From contig NC_068990.1 in assembly GCF_001194135.2 (NCBI RefSeq), forward strand, positions 84,496,738 through 84,560,737: 64,000 bases of DNA, given 5' to 3'. A program made the translations under genes and the position numbers. This DNA is from Octopus bimaculoides (lineage: Eukaryota). Shown here piece after piece: positions 14,492-28,300 of this stretch; the stretch's first letter is position 1; each line of letters begins with the position of its first letter. The notes under the pieces were generated by a model. It was given only the letters and a program-made list of their open reading frames with translations. It had not been told where the DNA came from and did not search any database.

Positions 14492-17400
14492 TATATACGA
14501 CGGGCTTCTTTCAGTTTCCGTCTACCAAATCCACTCTCACGGCTTTGGTCGGCCCGAGGCTATAGTAGAAGACACTTGCCCAAAGTGCCACGCAGTGGGA
14601 CTGAACCCGGGACCATGTGGTTGGTAAGCAAGCTACTTACCACACAGCCACTCCTATGCCTGATATTGATTAATCTCTAATTTTCATAGATTGTCTCGTT
14701 TCATTTAACATCACATTCCCTGCACTTTATACACACCCTTCATCTGGGCCACCTTCAGTCATTAGACTATTTTTTCATTCGTTAGTTTGTAATTAGAACA
14801 CATTTAATCAGTCTTCCTACACAGTATATGACTTATGTCATAATTTTTTTTTTTTTAAACTTCCTCATTTTAGAGGGAAAAGGATATAAATGAAATGAAG
14901 AAATTCTGCAAAAAAGGAATTGGTACATGAAGAATTTGCTACTAAAAGATGATAAATTCAATGGGATGTTTTTAACCTTATTAAATGTCATTCACTGTTT
15001 TCTATCTCCTCGAGGTTACAGCTTTTACTGATGTCTTCTGCAGGCATAATGGAATCATGTCTTAAAACATGGTAATTGAAAATGATTACTAAATAAAACT
15101 GTAATTGTTTTATCTGTCCATTTTTTTAATGGATTTATCAAATTGTTGTTTCAGAGTTTATAATTCCATGATTTAAAAAAAAAAAAAACTTTTGAAAGCA
15201 CTAGTAATATACTAGGGTAAATTTAATTTACTTTACCCCTTTATTACATAGTATGACTAGTGCTATTGTGGTTTACTCTTCAACTTATATAATTTATGGT
15301 ACCTAACTGAAAACTGGTTACTTTTCTTCTTGTGAAATAAATATCCAGGATATACAACTGTTGAAACCTATAGTGTTCTTAAAATGCACGCATCATCATC
15401 CAGTGTTTTCAATCCGGGTTTTGTCCCCATTAACGAGGGTAACCAGATCTACCTCAGTGCCCAATCCAACCTTTGGGCTGGCTGGTGCCCATTCTCCTTT
15501 ACTATCCTGAGGCTTTTTTGGAGCTGGATTTTCCACAGGAAGCATGCCCTTGCTTACCCCCAACCTTAGTTTCTAGACATGAGTAGTCTCGAGACCAAGG
15601 CCTCTACCATGAGTTTTAAGAAATGTGGTGGGAAAACTAGCTCAGGAAGGCAGGGACGCTACTCCTTGAGACCCCTTTCGGAGCCCTCCCCCCTACCTAA
15701 AACTTTGCTATTTAGCATTTTAAAATTGTTCTTATTTAGCTACAGATTCTTCATTTATCAATTATATTTAATGTAGAATTCTGTCTTTGTCATTCTCAAA
15801 AACAAACCAATGTTCACTAGTCAGTCTTAGAAGTGATATTTAAGTAGGCCATAGGTTGGCAGTGTACTCAATCTACATGAGCTTTATAATAGAACGCTAA
15901 CAAACATTTTCATATCCTGTTATTGGCATTGTATCATAACAAAGCTTGTTAGCTTGTCTTACTTTCTTCAGTCCACTATTTATTACTTCATGCTTTCGTG
16001 GTTTTGAAAACGGTATCCAGCTGTAAACATACATTGCTAACGTTTACAACTTTACCACACACAGAAATATAAATATACATATATTCTGTTGTTTCAGTCA
16101 TTAGATTGTGGCCATGCTGGAGCACTGCCTTAAAGGGTTTAAGGCGAAGAAATCGACCCCAGGACTTACTCTTTGTAAACCTAGTACTTATTCTATTGGT
16201 CTGTTTTGCCAAACTGCTAAGTTACAGGGACATAGACACATCATTGGTTGATAAGTGATCAAGGGCAAACACAGACGTGTGTGTGTGTGTGTGTACACGA
16301 TGGTCTTCTTTCAATTTCCATCTACCAAATCCACTCACAAGACTGGTCTGCCTGAGGCTATAGTAGAAGACACTTGCCCAAGGTGCCACGCAGTGGGACT
16401 GAACCTGGAACTATGTGGTTGGGNNNNNNNNNNAAATCCACTCACAAGACTGGTCTGCCTGAGGCTATAGTAGAAGACACTTGCCCAAGGTGCCACGCAG
16501 TGGGACTGAACCTAGAACCATGTGGTTGGGAAGCAAGCTTCTTACCATATATATATATATATATAAATACACACACGCACACGCGCACGCGCACAGAATA
16601 AACTATAGAACTATAATGTAGAGTTCAATCCATCTCATATATTCCGAATTCCATTACTATTTCTAAGTCTGTCCTCATCACATGCATATGCAATCACTAG
16701 CATTTCTAGTTTTGATAGTCTGTGTCAACATAGCTCTGAAACAAAAGGCTACTATTCCACACCACCATTCTGTGAATAAACATCTGATACTTTATATTTC
16801 AGAACTTTTATGTTTTATTTCTTTCCTGTCAATAATTTCTTTCTCTTTAAAGGATAAACATTAAAGATGCTTGTTATCCAAATGCCATTTGACCCTTCAA
16901 ACAATTCTCTTGTAGGATATGACTGGTCTTGAGTGTGGTCATCGTTTCTGTAGTCAATGTTGGATGGAATATCTGACAACGAAAGTGATGGATGAAGGTA
17001 TGGGACAGACAATCTCCTGTGCGGCTCATGGTTGTGATATTTTAGTGGATGATGCCACTGTGATGTGAGTATTGTGTTCTGAATTCTTTGTCTACAATTA
17101 GGACATTTTGTTTTAAGATTGACTTTTTTTTTTTTTTTTTCTACATCACTGGAATGGATAGGACAGATCTTCAATACATTATTTCTCTGTTGAATTCCAT
17201 TCTGTATCATCTTGTCTTTGGCAGTTAGTGTATCTAATTCAGCTCCAGGCCTTCTTCAGCTATCTATAATGTTTGTATCCTCTTTCATCAACTTTTAGTG
17301 TCTCCTCTACCAGTATGTATCATTCCTATGCATTCCATGACCATATCACCCCACTCGACTTATTAAAGAGTTGTTAATGTCCTTGAATGATGAGCCATTT

Positions 17401-20400
17401 CATGCGCTCAGTCTTTCTCATGAACTACTCTTATACGTTCCCCCTTAGACAGGGGAACACTCAGTTCATCCATTGATAAAGAGTGTGGTGAAGGTCTCAG
17501 TGGACTAAATGCTTGTCTATACTTAGTTTTATCCTTCTTTGCTGGGAAGCAACATTCCCCTTTAACTCCTTTATATTGATAAGATAGGTATTAGTATTGT
17601 ACAGAAATTATTTCTGTCCCTTAGAAAATGTTTTCCAGTGCTTAACCTATTACCTCAAATAATTCTATTAACTGGAATTTTTTTTATGAAACTTTGATTT
17701 ATAGCATAAAACAGCCTTAGAAACATGCTGGAATGATCAAAATAACATTTTAAATAGAAATAAGCGAGATATTGGGTGAAAAATTAGCAAATCTCATTTG
17801 AATATCAGAGAAATATACCTAGTAGATATAGCAAAAAGGTTAGATATGTGTAAATATTGAGATAATTACGAAATTTGTAATTTTTAAGTGATCTCATATG
17901 AGATCACTGGTAGGTAATGGCTTAATCCAAAAGAATCAATGATTTAAATATTTACAATCATTTGAAGTCTGCAAATTCTGATCTTTTTTGTCTCTTTCCC
18001 ATTTCAGGTCACTTGTGACTGATGCTAAAGTGAGATTAAAATATCAACAAATTATAACAAATAGCTTCGTTGAAGTGAGTATTATACTTTTTCTTGCTTA
18101 GCAACAATCTTTTGTCATGTAACTTTTAAAACACTTGTTTAAAATTTGTTTGATAACAGAAACAAATTGTTACATATGTTAGATTTTTTTTTTATAGATT
18201 AGTGATAGATTGGTTAATAGATTAATGTAATTTATTTCAGGAATATTGATTTTTTTGGTATAGTGCCAAACTTTGTATTTTATAGTAGCAAATATAAAAG
18301 CCTCCAAATATTGTAAAAGCCTGTTTCCGTTTTTTTGGTCAGTTTTACTTGTCTACAACAATTATATAATTTTTCAATAATTTCTTCATATTAAAAGCTA
18401 AAAACTGGCTTTTACACCCTTTTCATGCTACTATGAGTGGAATGGCTTTTGCAATCTAGTCACGTGCAAATGGATCGAGTTCTGTTTTTTTTTTTTTTAA
18501 CCCTTTCCAGTAACTGGATCCCACTTAAGCACGAAGTGGGAATGTTAGTTATTTTCTACCTTACACAGTAAATCAGAGTTATGTTCCTTGAGGCCTAGAG
18601 GCCCAATTTAGTAGTATTGATATATATATGGGCATCAGTCATGGTGCCCATATATGGGCACCATGTCATAGCCACTCTATCTTATGTCAGTTAATATAAA
18701 GCCTTATCTCAGTTCCTCTTAGTAAAATAAGGGGCTCAAAAGCTCAAAGTTGGTTCATATTATTTCTAATGTGTGTATTATGGTGTATTTATTTTAGTGC
18801 AATCGGTTATTGCGATGGTGTCCAGCCCCAGATTGTGGTTATGCAGTAAAGGTAGCACATTATGATACTAAACCTGTGACGTGTCTTTGTGGACATACAT
18901 TCTGGTCAGTTCATTATATTTTCAGTAATATTGCACTAGACTTTATTTGTTTTGTTTCTTGTTTTTATTGTTGCATTGTAAGCAGCAGGGCTGTGAAATG
19001 TTATTTCACTTTTTATAAGGTCTCATTTGTACACCATTAATTCCTATTCGTAGCTTTGTTGACATTTTATTAAATATCCTTGTTGGGGATGATTGCATTA
19101 GCATGGTTATGTGGTTTGCCTCTCAAACACATGGTTTTCAGTTCTATGCCACTATGTAAGTGTCTTTCTGTTGTAGTCCACCCCACTGATTGGATGCTAG
19201 TCCATTGCAAGACTAATCCCAGTTACTACTGGTACAAATTTTCAGCTGAGTAGACTGGGGCCACATAAAATGAAATCTCTTATTCAGTCTAGAAATTAAA
19301 CCCATGAACTTAGGAACATTAGGTCAGAGACCTTCACTATGTATTTGTATGTATATTTATGCATGATACACATTAACATGGTTTTGCTAATGGCCTTAGG
19401 TGACCATGTAGTTGTAAGCAGATATTCAAACTTTTCTCAACTCTCTCATTCTTGACACACCAAAATATCCAGGATATGGTGGCTGGGAGGAAAGATAACA
19501 TCAGTGCTTGGCAGAAAGTTTGAAAGGAAAAGTCATTCTTGGAATTCGATTTCAGAGCACAAAGATCTAGATCAGTGATTCCCAAACTTTTTCGGACTGC
19601 TGCCCCCTTGACACCCAGGCCACATTCCTAGTGCCCCCCCCCAACTAAGCCATCACAAACAAGACCTCTTTCTGAGACAAATTCAAAGCAATTGTATTAA
19701 ACAAATAAAACTTAACATTTTTTTTTTTAAAAAAACAACATTCTTACTATTGTGAGAACATTTTTGTTTTGTTTTGTTTTTTAACACAAAGCAAATTGAA
19801 TTTTTGTTTTAAATTTTGTTTTCATAGCTTTAATTGTGGAGAGAATTGGCATGATCCTGTCAAGTGCAAATGGTTAAGGAAATGGATTAAAAAATGTGAT
19901 GATGATAGCGAAACTTCAAATTGGATTGCTGCTAATACTAAGGTATAATCTTTTCACTGAGCTCTTGTTGCATGTTAAATGATTATATTTTCTGTTGATG
20001 AATATTCATAGAAGAAGAAAGAATGATGCTGGTGTCAGATTTTGGGATGCTGGATATCAAATATAAAATAAAAGACTAAAATGAGTGGCAATACTGTAGA
20101 GTCTCTCATCATGGAAAGATACAGTGATGATGATTCTGTATTATGTAATTATCTATTTATGAATTAAATAAGAATTATTTTAAAACTTTTGATTAGTCTA
20201 GATTTTGTGTGCATATGTAAGCCTGAGAGAGCAGGGTTGTTAGCTTATTTTAAAATATCTTGTTTGCCAATTTACTACCATTATATAAAGTATTGGAATG
20301 GATTCAAGTCAGTTTTAATGTTTACGCTCCACTTAGACTTAGGTCTGTCATGAGCCTTAAAAGGACTTAAAAGGTCAGGCCTTAGCCCAGTTTCCATGGC

Positions 20401-23400
20401 ACATAAGTGACTGAGATTAGAACATTCCTTTCTGAAGAAGATACAAGTGTTGCTAGGACTTATTGTAGCTCAGTGGAATGGTGTAACATGAAATGGAGCG
20501 TTTTGCTCAAGAACTCAATGCACTGCCCAGTCTGGGAATTATAACCATATTCTTATGACTGTGAGTGCCCCTTTAAACATCTAATGTTTACATTAGATGA
20601 AGAAAAAAAATAAATATAAATAAAACAAGGCTACCCTCTTGAATCCATTGGGTGTATATTTAAGACTTTCTTTTTGTGGTCATTCACAAGAGGACATATT
20701 GGAGTAGTTTCTTGCTGAAGTCGTTCCGACTTAGAAAAGGGTTTGGACTGGCCACTGCAAACAAGGTTTTCATTAACAATATAATGCCCTTATTCCTTAC
20801 AACAGACTATACTGTCTTTGAGATACAATTAGTTGTACTGCTAACCTTCTTATATCTCTGTTGTTATTTAATTTTCAATGGTTAGAATTAGAGAAAGGTA
20901 GATTGGTTCTCTGGTGTAGGCAGCAAGACGGACAGAAATTGCCATTTATGTATATAGATGCAAAGAAATTTTGAGAATATAAGTTATTTAGCTTCAAATC
21001 ATCTTGATTGAACAGACGAATGATTAGAGGAATTCTAAACCTGACCAACTCATCTTTGGGGCTACATTTCAGACTACACTATCTAATGTGTTTCTTTTTT
21101 TTTAAGACACTAAAGTGATATAAAGGTGATTTGGCTGCTATTTCTTGCATATCAGACAACTGTATAGAGACTGTGAAATACCCCTAAATGGTGGAAATAG
21201 ACTAGTTTCATTAAAATTTGAAGTATTTCAGAAATAATGGAGTAAAATCCCAGATATTTCATACTGACCAAACTGAATTAACTAATGGAGTAAAATAATA
21301 TCAACCTTATTTCTAAATGAACATTATCACTTATTTTTTTATCTTCCAGGTTTTTTTTTTTTTAATAATCAAATTTTCCATTGTTACCAACTAGGTTGCT
21401 ATCAATTTTGATTGGTCACCCCTTGTAATAAATTCTTAAAATTCTTATGTCATTTGCTTTATTTTCAGGAATGTCCCAAGTGCCATGTCACTATAGAGAA
21501 GGATGGAGGCTGTAATCACATGGTATGCAAAAACCAGAATTGTAAAGCAGATTTTTGCTGGGTCTGTTTAGGGCCCTGGGAACCTCATGGCTCTTCCTGG
21601 TAATNNNNNNNNNNNNNNNNNNNNNNNNNNNNNNNNNNNNNNNNNNNNNNNNNNNNNNNNNNNNNNNNNNNNNNNNNNNNNNNNNNNNNNNNNNNNNNNN
21701 NNNNNNNNNNNNNNNNNNNNNNNNNNNNNNNNNNNNNNNNNNNNNNNNNNNNNNNNNNNNNNNNNNNNNNNNNNNNNNNNNNNNNNNNNNNNNNNNNNNN
21801 NNNNNNNNNNNNNNNNNNNNNNNNNNNNNNNNNNNNNNNNNNNNNNNNNNNNNNNNNNNNNNNNNNNNNNNNNNNNNNNNNNNNNNNNNNNNNNNNNNNN
21901 NNNNNNNNNNNNNNNNNNNNNNNNNNNNNNNNNNNNNNNNNNNNNNNNNNNNNNNNNNNNNNNNNNNNNNNNNNNNNNNNNNNNNNNNNNNNNNNNNNNN
22001 NNNNNNNNNNNNNNNNNNNNNNNNNNNNNNNNNNNNNNNNNNNNNNNNNNNNNNNNNNNNNNNNNNGTGTTTGATTTTGTTTACAGCATTTAGTTCAGTG
22101 TCAATATTTCTGAAAAGGCAAGAAAGCTGCTGCTACTCACAAAGAGATATGTAAAGTTTATGGTGTTGATTGCTTAACAAAATGCACATGTCAGAAATGG
22201 TTTAAAAAATTCCGTTCTGGAGATTTATTACTCAAAGATGACCAACATTCTGGTCGACCTACTGAAGTTGATGATGACTGAATCAAAGCTGTAATTGAAT
22301 CTGATTGTCATATAACTGTGCGAGAGATTGCAGAGAGGCTAAATGCATCACACACAACAATTGAAAATCAAATGTCTTGGACTTGTTAAGAAGCTTGATA
22401 TTTGGGTTCCACATAAATTGAAAGAGATTCACTTAATACAATGAATTAATATTTGCAATGTGCATTTCAAACGCAATGAAATCGACCTTTTTTGAAACGA
22501 ATCATCACTGGTGATGGAAAATGGAATGTTTACAATAACATTAATCAAGAATGATCATAGTTCAAGCATAATGAACCAGCACAAACCACGTCAAAAAGAA
22601 GTCATGCTGTCAGTTTGGTGGGATTACAAAGGTATTGTGTATTTTGAGCTGCTTCCAAGGAACCAAACGATCAATTCAGATGTTTACTGCCAACAGCTAA
22701 TGAAACTGGAGGAAACAATCAAAGAAAAACGACCAGAATTGGCAAATCGTAAAGGTATCGTTCCACCATGACAACGCAAGACCACACACATCTTTGCTAA
22801 CTCGTTAGAAATTATTGGAGCTTGGTTGGGAAGTGATGTCACATCCACCATATATCCCTGACCTTGCACCATCAGATTACCATTTATTTCAAAGTTTGCA
22901 AAAGTCATTGAATGGTAAAGCTTTCAATAATGATGATGACCTGAAATCGTACTTGCTTCAGTTTTTGGCTAAGGATCAGAAGTTCTATGAATGCGGAATT
23001 ATGGAGGTGCTAGAAAGATGACAAAAGGCCATCAAACAAAATGGAAAATACATAATTGATTAATTCTTTGTATGATAAAAAATGACTTTTATTTCACACT
23101 AAAAAACTGAAATTACTTTCTTGTCAATCCAATAAATTACTATTTAAGTACAAAATCTTTCTCTACTAGAAATCTAGAATCAAANNNNNNNNNNNNNNNN
23201 NNNNNNNNNNNNNNNNNNNNNNNNNNNNNNNNNNNNNNNNNNNNNNNNNNNNNNNNNNNNNNNNNNNNNNNNNNNNNNNNNNNNNNNNNNNNNNNNNNNN
23301 NNNNNNNNNNNNNNNNNNNNNNNNNNNNNNNNNNNNNNNNNNNNNNNNNNNNNNNNNNNNNNNNNNNNNNNNNNNNNNNNNNNNNNNNNNNNNNNNNNNN

Positions 23401-23723
23401 NNNNNNNNNNNNNNNNNNNNNNNNNNNNNNNNNNNNNNNNNNNNNNNNNNNNNNNNNNNNNNNNNNNNNNNNNNNNNNNNNNNNNNNNNNNNNNNNNNNN
23501 NNNNNNNNNNNNNNNNNNNNNNNNNNNNNNNNNNNNNNNNNNNNNNNNNNNNNNNNNNNNNNNNNNNNNNNNNNNNNNNNNNNNNNNNNNNNNNNNNNNN
23601 NNNNNNNNNNNNNNNNNNNNNNNNNNNNNNNNNNNNNNNNNNNNNNNNNNNNNNNNNNNNNNNNNNNNNNNNNNNNNNNNNNNNNNNNNNNNNNNNNNNN
23701 NNNNNNNNNNNATATATATATAT

Positions 23724-23769
<46 letters not shown>

Positions 23770-25290
23770 ATGTATGTGTTTGTGTGTCTGTGTTTGTCCC
23801 TCCCAGCATCGCTTGACAACCGATGCTGGTGTGTTTACATCCCCCGTAACTTAGCGGTTCGGCAAAAAGAGATCGATAGAATAAGTACTAGGATTCCAAA
23901 GAATAAGTCCTGGGGTTCATTTGCTCAACTAAAGGCGGTGCTCCAGCATGGCCACAGTCAAATGACTGAAACAAGTAAAAGAGTATGTGTGAGTCTGCAT
24001 ACTTTGGTTGGAATGTGTGCACTTGTGAATGTCTGTATGGGAGTGTGTGGGTGCTCTTGGCAGCATATGTTTGTGGACACTTGACTGTGTGTCTCTCTCT
24101 TTTTGCCCCCAACTGTACATTTTTGTTTTCCTTATGTTTGTGGGTGTTGCTATTATAAATTTCCATTTACTACCTTATCTTAACAACAAAATTTTAGGAA
24201 CTTCTTTCTTTTTCTTTCCCCCTTCCTTTTGCTTTCTTTTAGAAGTCCCGGGCGGCGTTACAGCGTTATCTATTTTATTGCAATCGATATATGAATCATA
24301 TGCAGAGTTTAAAGTTTGAACATAAGGTAAGTGAATCTATGTGAATATAAATTTTTATTCTTTAATTTAAGAAATATCACCTTCTCTATTCTCTGGTTTT
24401 CATCATCATCATCATCATTATCATCGTTTAATGTCCGCCTTCCATGCTGGCATGGGTTGGACGATTTGACTGAGGACTGGTGAAACCGGATGGCAACACC
24501 AGGCTCCAATCTAAATTTAGCAGAGTTTCTACAGCTGGATGCCCTTCCTAACGCCAACCACTCAGAGAGTATAGTGGGTGCTTTTACGTGTCACCCGCAC
24601 GAAGGCCAGTCAGGCAGTACTGGAAATGTCAACTCAAAAACGCCCATCAAATTCTTGACACTTATTTCTGATATAAGGCCAGCAATTTTGTGGGGAGGGG
24701 ACAAGTTGATTACATCAACTCCTGTACTTGACTGATACTTATTTTATCAATCCTGAAAGGTTGAAAGGCAAAGTTGACATTGGTGGAATTTGAACCCAGA
24801 ATATAAAGAACCATAAGAAATGCTGCAGGATTCTGCAGTCTGTTTAAACATTTACATTATTTGCTCAGCTGCTTTTATAGACACTTCACTTTCCTTCTGC
24901 AGAATGCAAGTGTTCTATATTTTCAGTCGGAAAATAGAATAATAGAGTAGCCTCCCTTAATCTTTACACGCTTCCACTTCTCTCTTTCTCTCTCAGTTCA
25001 AATTTTACTATTCATCTGTGTGGTTCATTCAATATCTCTAAAATTAGCGTAAGGCATTATACGAGATGTTGAGTCAGTTCAGCAATATAGCTTCCTTTGT
25101 GACTCAGATATTGGAGAAGAGAATTCTTTCAATACTTAATCTATTGATTATTCTTTGTCTTCCAATGCTTCTGTAATACAGATGATCGAACTTTATTCAC
25201 CAGATACAATAAGAGTAACAATGTTAAAGTTTGTTTCTTTTTCAAAAATCAGAATCCAAGTAGATAAATGGAAGAGAATGTGTGCTTGAA

Positions 25291-25326
<36 letters not shown>

Positions 25327-28300
25327 GTATGTATGTATCTATTGTCATCATTTCATTTTATGTATATTGTCCTTTACTAGCATGGGTTGGATAAGAACAT
25401 ATTACTGAGTTATGCCCTTCCTGCTAAAAGGCTCCAAATTCTCTGTGTAAAAATATGCCACTGCTGTTTATTGTTCAATAGACTGGGAGATTATTGCTTC
25501 TAAGGAAGGGCATCTGGTTGGACGAGACTGCTTCGACATACTCTTGTCTGACTGATGCAAGCATAGAAAAGTAGATGTTGAAATGATGATAGATTTTCCA
25601 TCCCAAACGTCTGTTAATTTTTGCAGGGTTCCCCCACCACTACCACCACATTCTTACTAGGCTGACTGATCTTCTCAAAACAGCACTTTTGTCTATTGCA
25701 AATACTAGACAAGGAGTTGACCCAGGTAGTGTTGCTTCATCAGACTGGATCATGCACTGAGTCCACTCTGTGGATAATAGTTCAACCACTTTAAACTATC
25801 ATATGTCCCTTTATCACTTATTTATCACCTATGCTCTTATCGGTCACACACTTGTGTCAGTCCATCCATAAAAATGTACCTAGTAAAATCGTTGGTGTTA
25901 GGAAGGACATCCAACTATAAAATACAAAGTAAAATTGAAATTTACAAACAAACTGGTCCTTGAATCCCTCTGGGATAGCAGCAATAATGATGACTATTCA
26001 ATTTGAAGTTTCCTTTCTTAGTGTATGTTTACATATTATGTACCACTAAGAGTTCCTTTTTCAATAAATATCATTGTTATGTTGTTTTAGTTGTATGCAT
26101 TGGTGAAGGTAAAAATGGAGGAGATGCAACATCACAACATGTCTTGGATTGAAGTCCAGTTCCTTAAAAAGGCCGTAGATGTACTTTGTCAATGTCGCCA
26201 GACACTTATGTACACTTATGTTTTTGCATTCTATTTAAAGAAGAATAACCAGTCCATTATATTTGAAGTAAGTAACAACTCTGTCAGTTCTTCAGTTACA
26301 AACGTTTGAAAATGCTTTATGCAGCAAAATAATTTCTTCAGTGTTTTTTTGTTGTAATCTGATTAACATTTTATTTATCTTCTTTTTAATAATGATTTAT
26401 TAGTTTAGTCATGTATTACTCTGTGTGTGTGTGACATGTATTAGTAATCATGTATTACTGAGTGCATTTGAAAACTTTACAGACTCCTCCTTCCTTCTAG
26501 TTTTCAACTGTAATTACTCCGTAAACAGTACTTCAACAAATAAACACTCTCCAACCAACTCTGTACTGTATACACTAGTAAAGTCTCTTCCAAAATAATC
26601 TCTGCACTCATCCAGCCTAACTGCCATGTACATATACACACTCATTGCAAGAACACTTCTGGTTTTAAACCAACAAGGCTACTGCTACTGACATTACTTC
26701 CTTTATTACTCTCTAATGCTGCATCCCAGAGGCAGCACCTATCACTGTCAAACACTTAAATATTTCTCCTAGTCATCAATATATAGGAGTGCCCATTGTC
26801 ATTCAGCATTAAACTCCTCCATTGTGAATGGTAAGACTATGATAAATAGAAGGGAACTGAGCTCTGAATCATTATCTGCTCACTAAATTTGTCACTGTCC
26901 TCATTGCAAGCAGCACCCCTGTACATGGCTTCAATAGTTTACACAAGCTATTTGCCTACACCTAGCTTTCTTAGTCATCGAACTGGTGGCTCTGTCAAAG
27001 GCTTTCTCTAGTTTGACAAATACTAGGTGCTACAGCTTACTCTTAGCTAAGTACTTTTCCTGCAAATGTCTCGCTAGTAGGAAGGCATCTCATCCAGACT
27101 AACTCTTTCCTGAATTAGTTAAGCTATAATCTTTCTTTGTCTTTCATTATTTGGTCCAACAATTTGATACTTCTGTAATTACCTGTCTCTAAGCCATCTC
27201 CTTTACTCTTGTAGCAGTTTACTATGGTTCTGCTATTCCAGTCATTGAATATGATGCTTTGCACAACCTGGCTGACTATATGGTAACTAGTCCACATCCT
27301 GTTCTGCAGGATGTTTTAAGCATTCCAGCAGTGATTCTTACTGTTTTCTGTAGAGGCTTTCTTTGCCTTCATAGCCTTAGTTACTTTATTTATATACTAG
27401 TGTCTTCAAGAATGGCTGCACCCTCTGTTGTGTCCATGCTGGGAAGACTCTTTTTGTCCCCTGCCTTGACGAAGTGCAAGTGTACTATTATCCATTCATA
27501 CACACTTCTCACCTACCACCTACAACATCATGGTTCTGGTATTTTGCTGTGTAATTTGGTACATTTCATGTCATCTAACATCGTCAAACCTCTCATCTTT
27601 TTTCTTTGCTAAATAAACCTGTCACCTAGCTTCTCCTCTCACAACCTGATATAAATCTCTGCTGCCTCCATTCTCTCAGTCTTTCCAAGCCTGTCTCTTT
27701 ATTGCTATAGCTCCAACATTTAGTTTTGGTTGGAACCTAGTACCAGCAACAGATTTGGTCTGTAGCTCTCAGCAGGAACTTCTAATTGTCATCTCTACTG
27801 TAAGTTCTCTACTCTCCTCCTGCCTATCATCAAATGCTTCAACTAGCATTTCTGTAAACTTCCAATTGTGTGCTGGCTCTTTAAGCTTCAATATCTTCCT
27901 TTCTCCAAGTTTCTACTTTTGAGTCTTTCTAGTTCAAATCTAAAGTTCTTTTTCACTAACTGATGTCAAATTTCATATTCTTCACCAGGGAAGGATTTTG
28001 TTTTCATAACCACATTTATCTATCTCATTTCCTAGTGAGAATGAAATCTATTTGGTGTATGTGCTCACCAGATTCATAAGTGATCAAAAATTGGTTTATT
28101 TCTTGAAATTAGTGTTGGAGATTATCATGTCATTGGCACCACAGAACTCCTGCAGCCTTGTTCCCTCCTCATTTCGGAACCCATGCTTCTTTGTACACCA
28201 TGGAATCCATCAGAGTGCTGTCCAAAATGTCTACTGAAGCCACTGGCCATGATTATCATTCACCATTGAGGTAGCCTTCATGAAGGCCTCATAATTAGTC

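Noticed and set aside
16325-16523. About 100-bp tandem duplication around a 10-N gap
   Set aside because: Typical unmerged contig overlap; two differences suggest allelic haplotypes rather than a real duplication.
19943-19955. Donor GTATAATCTTTT as a possible U12 intron
   Set aside because: Does not match GTATCCTT and no U12 branch point is evident.
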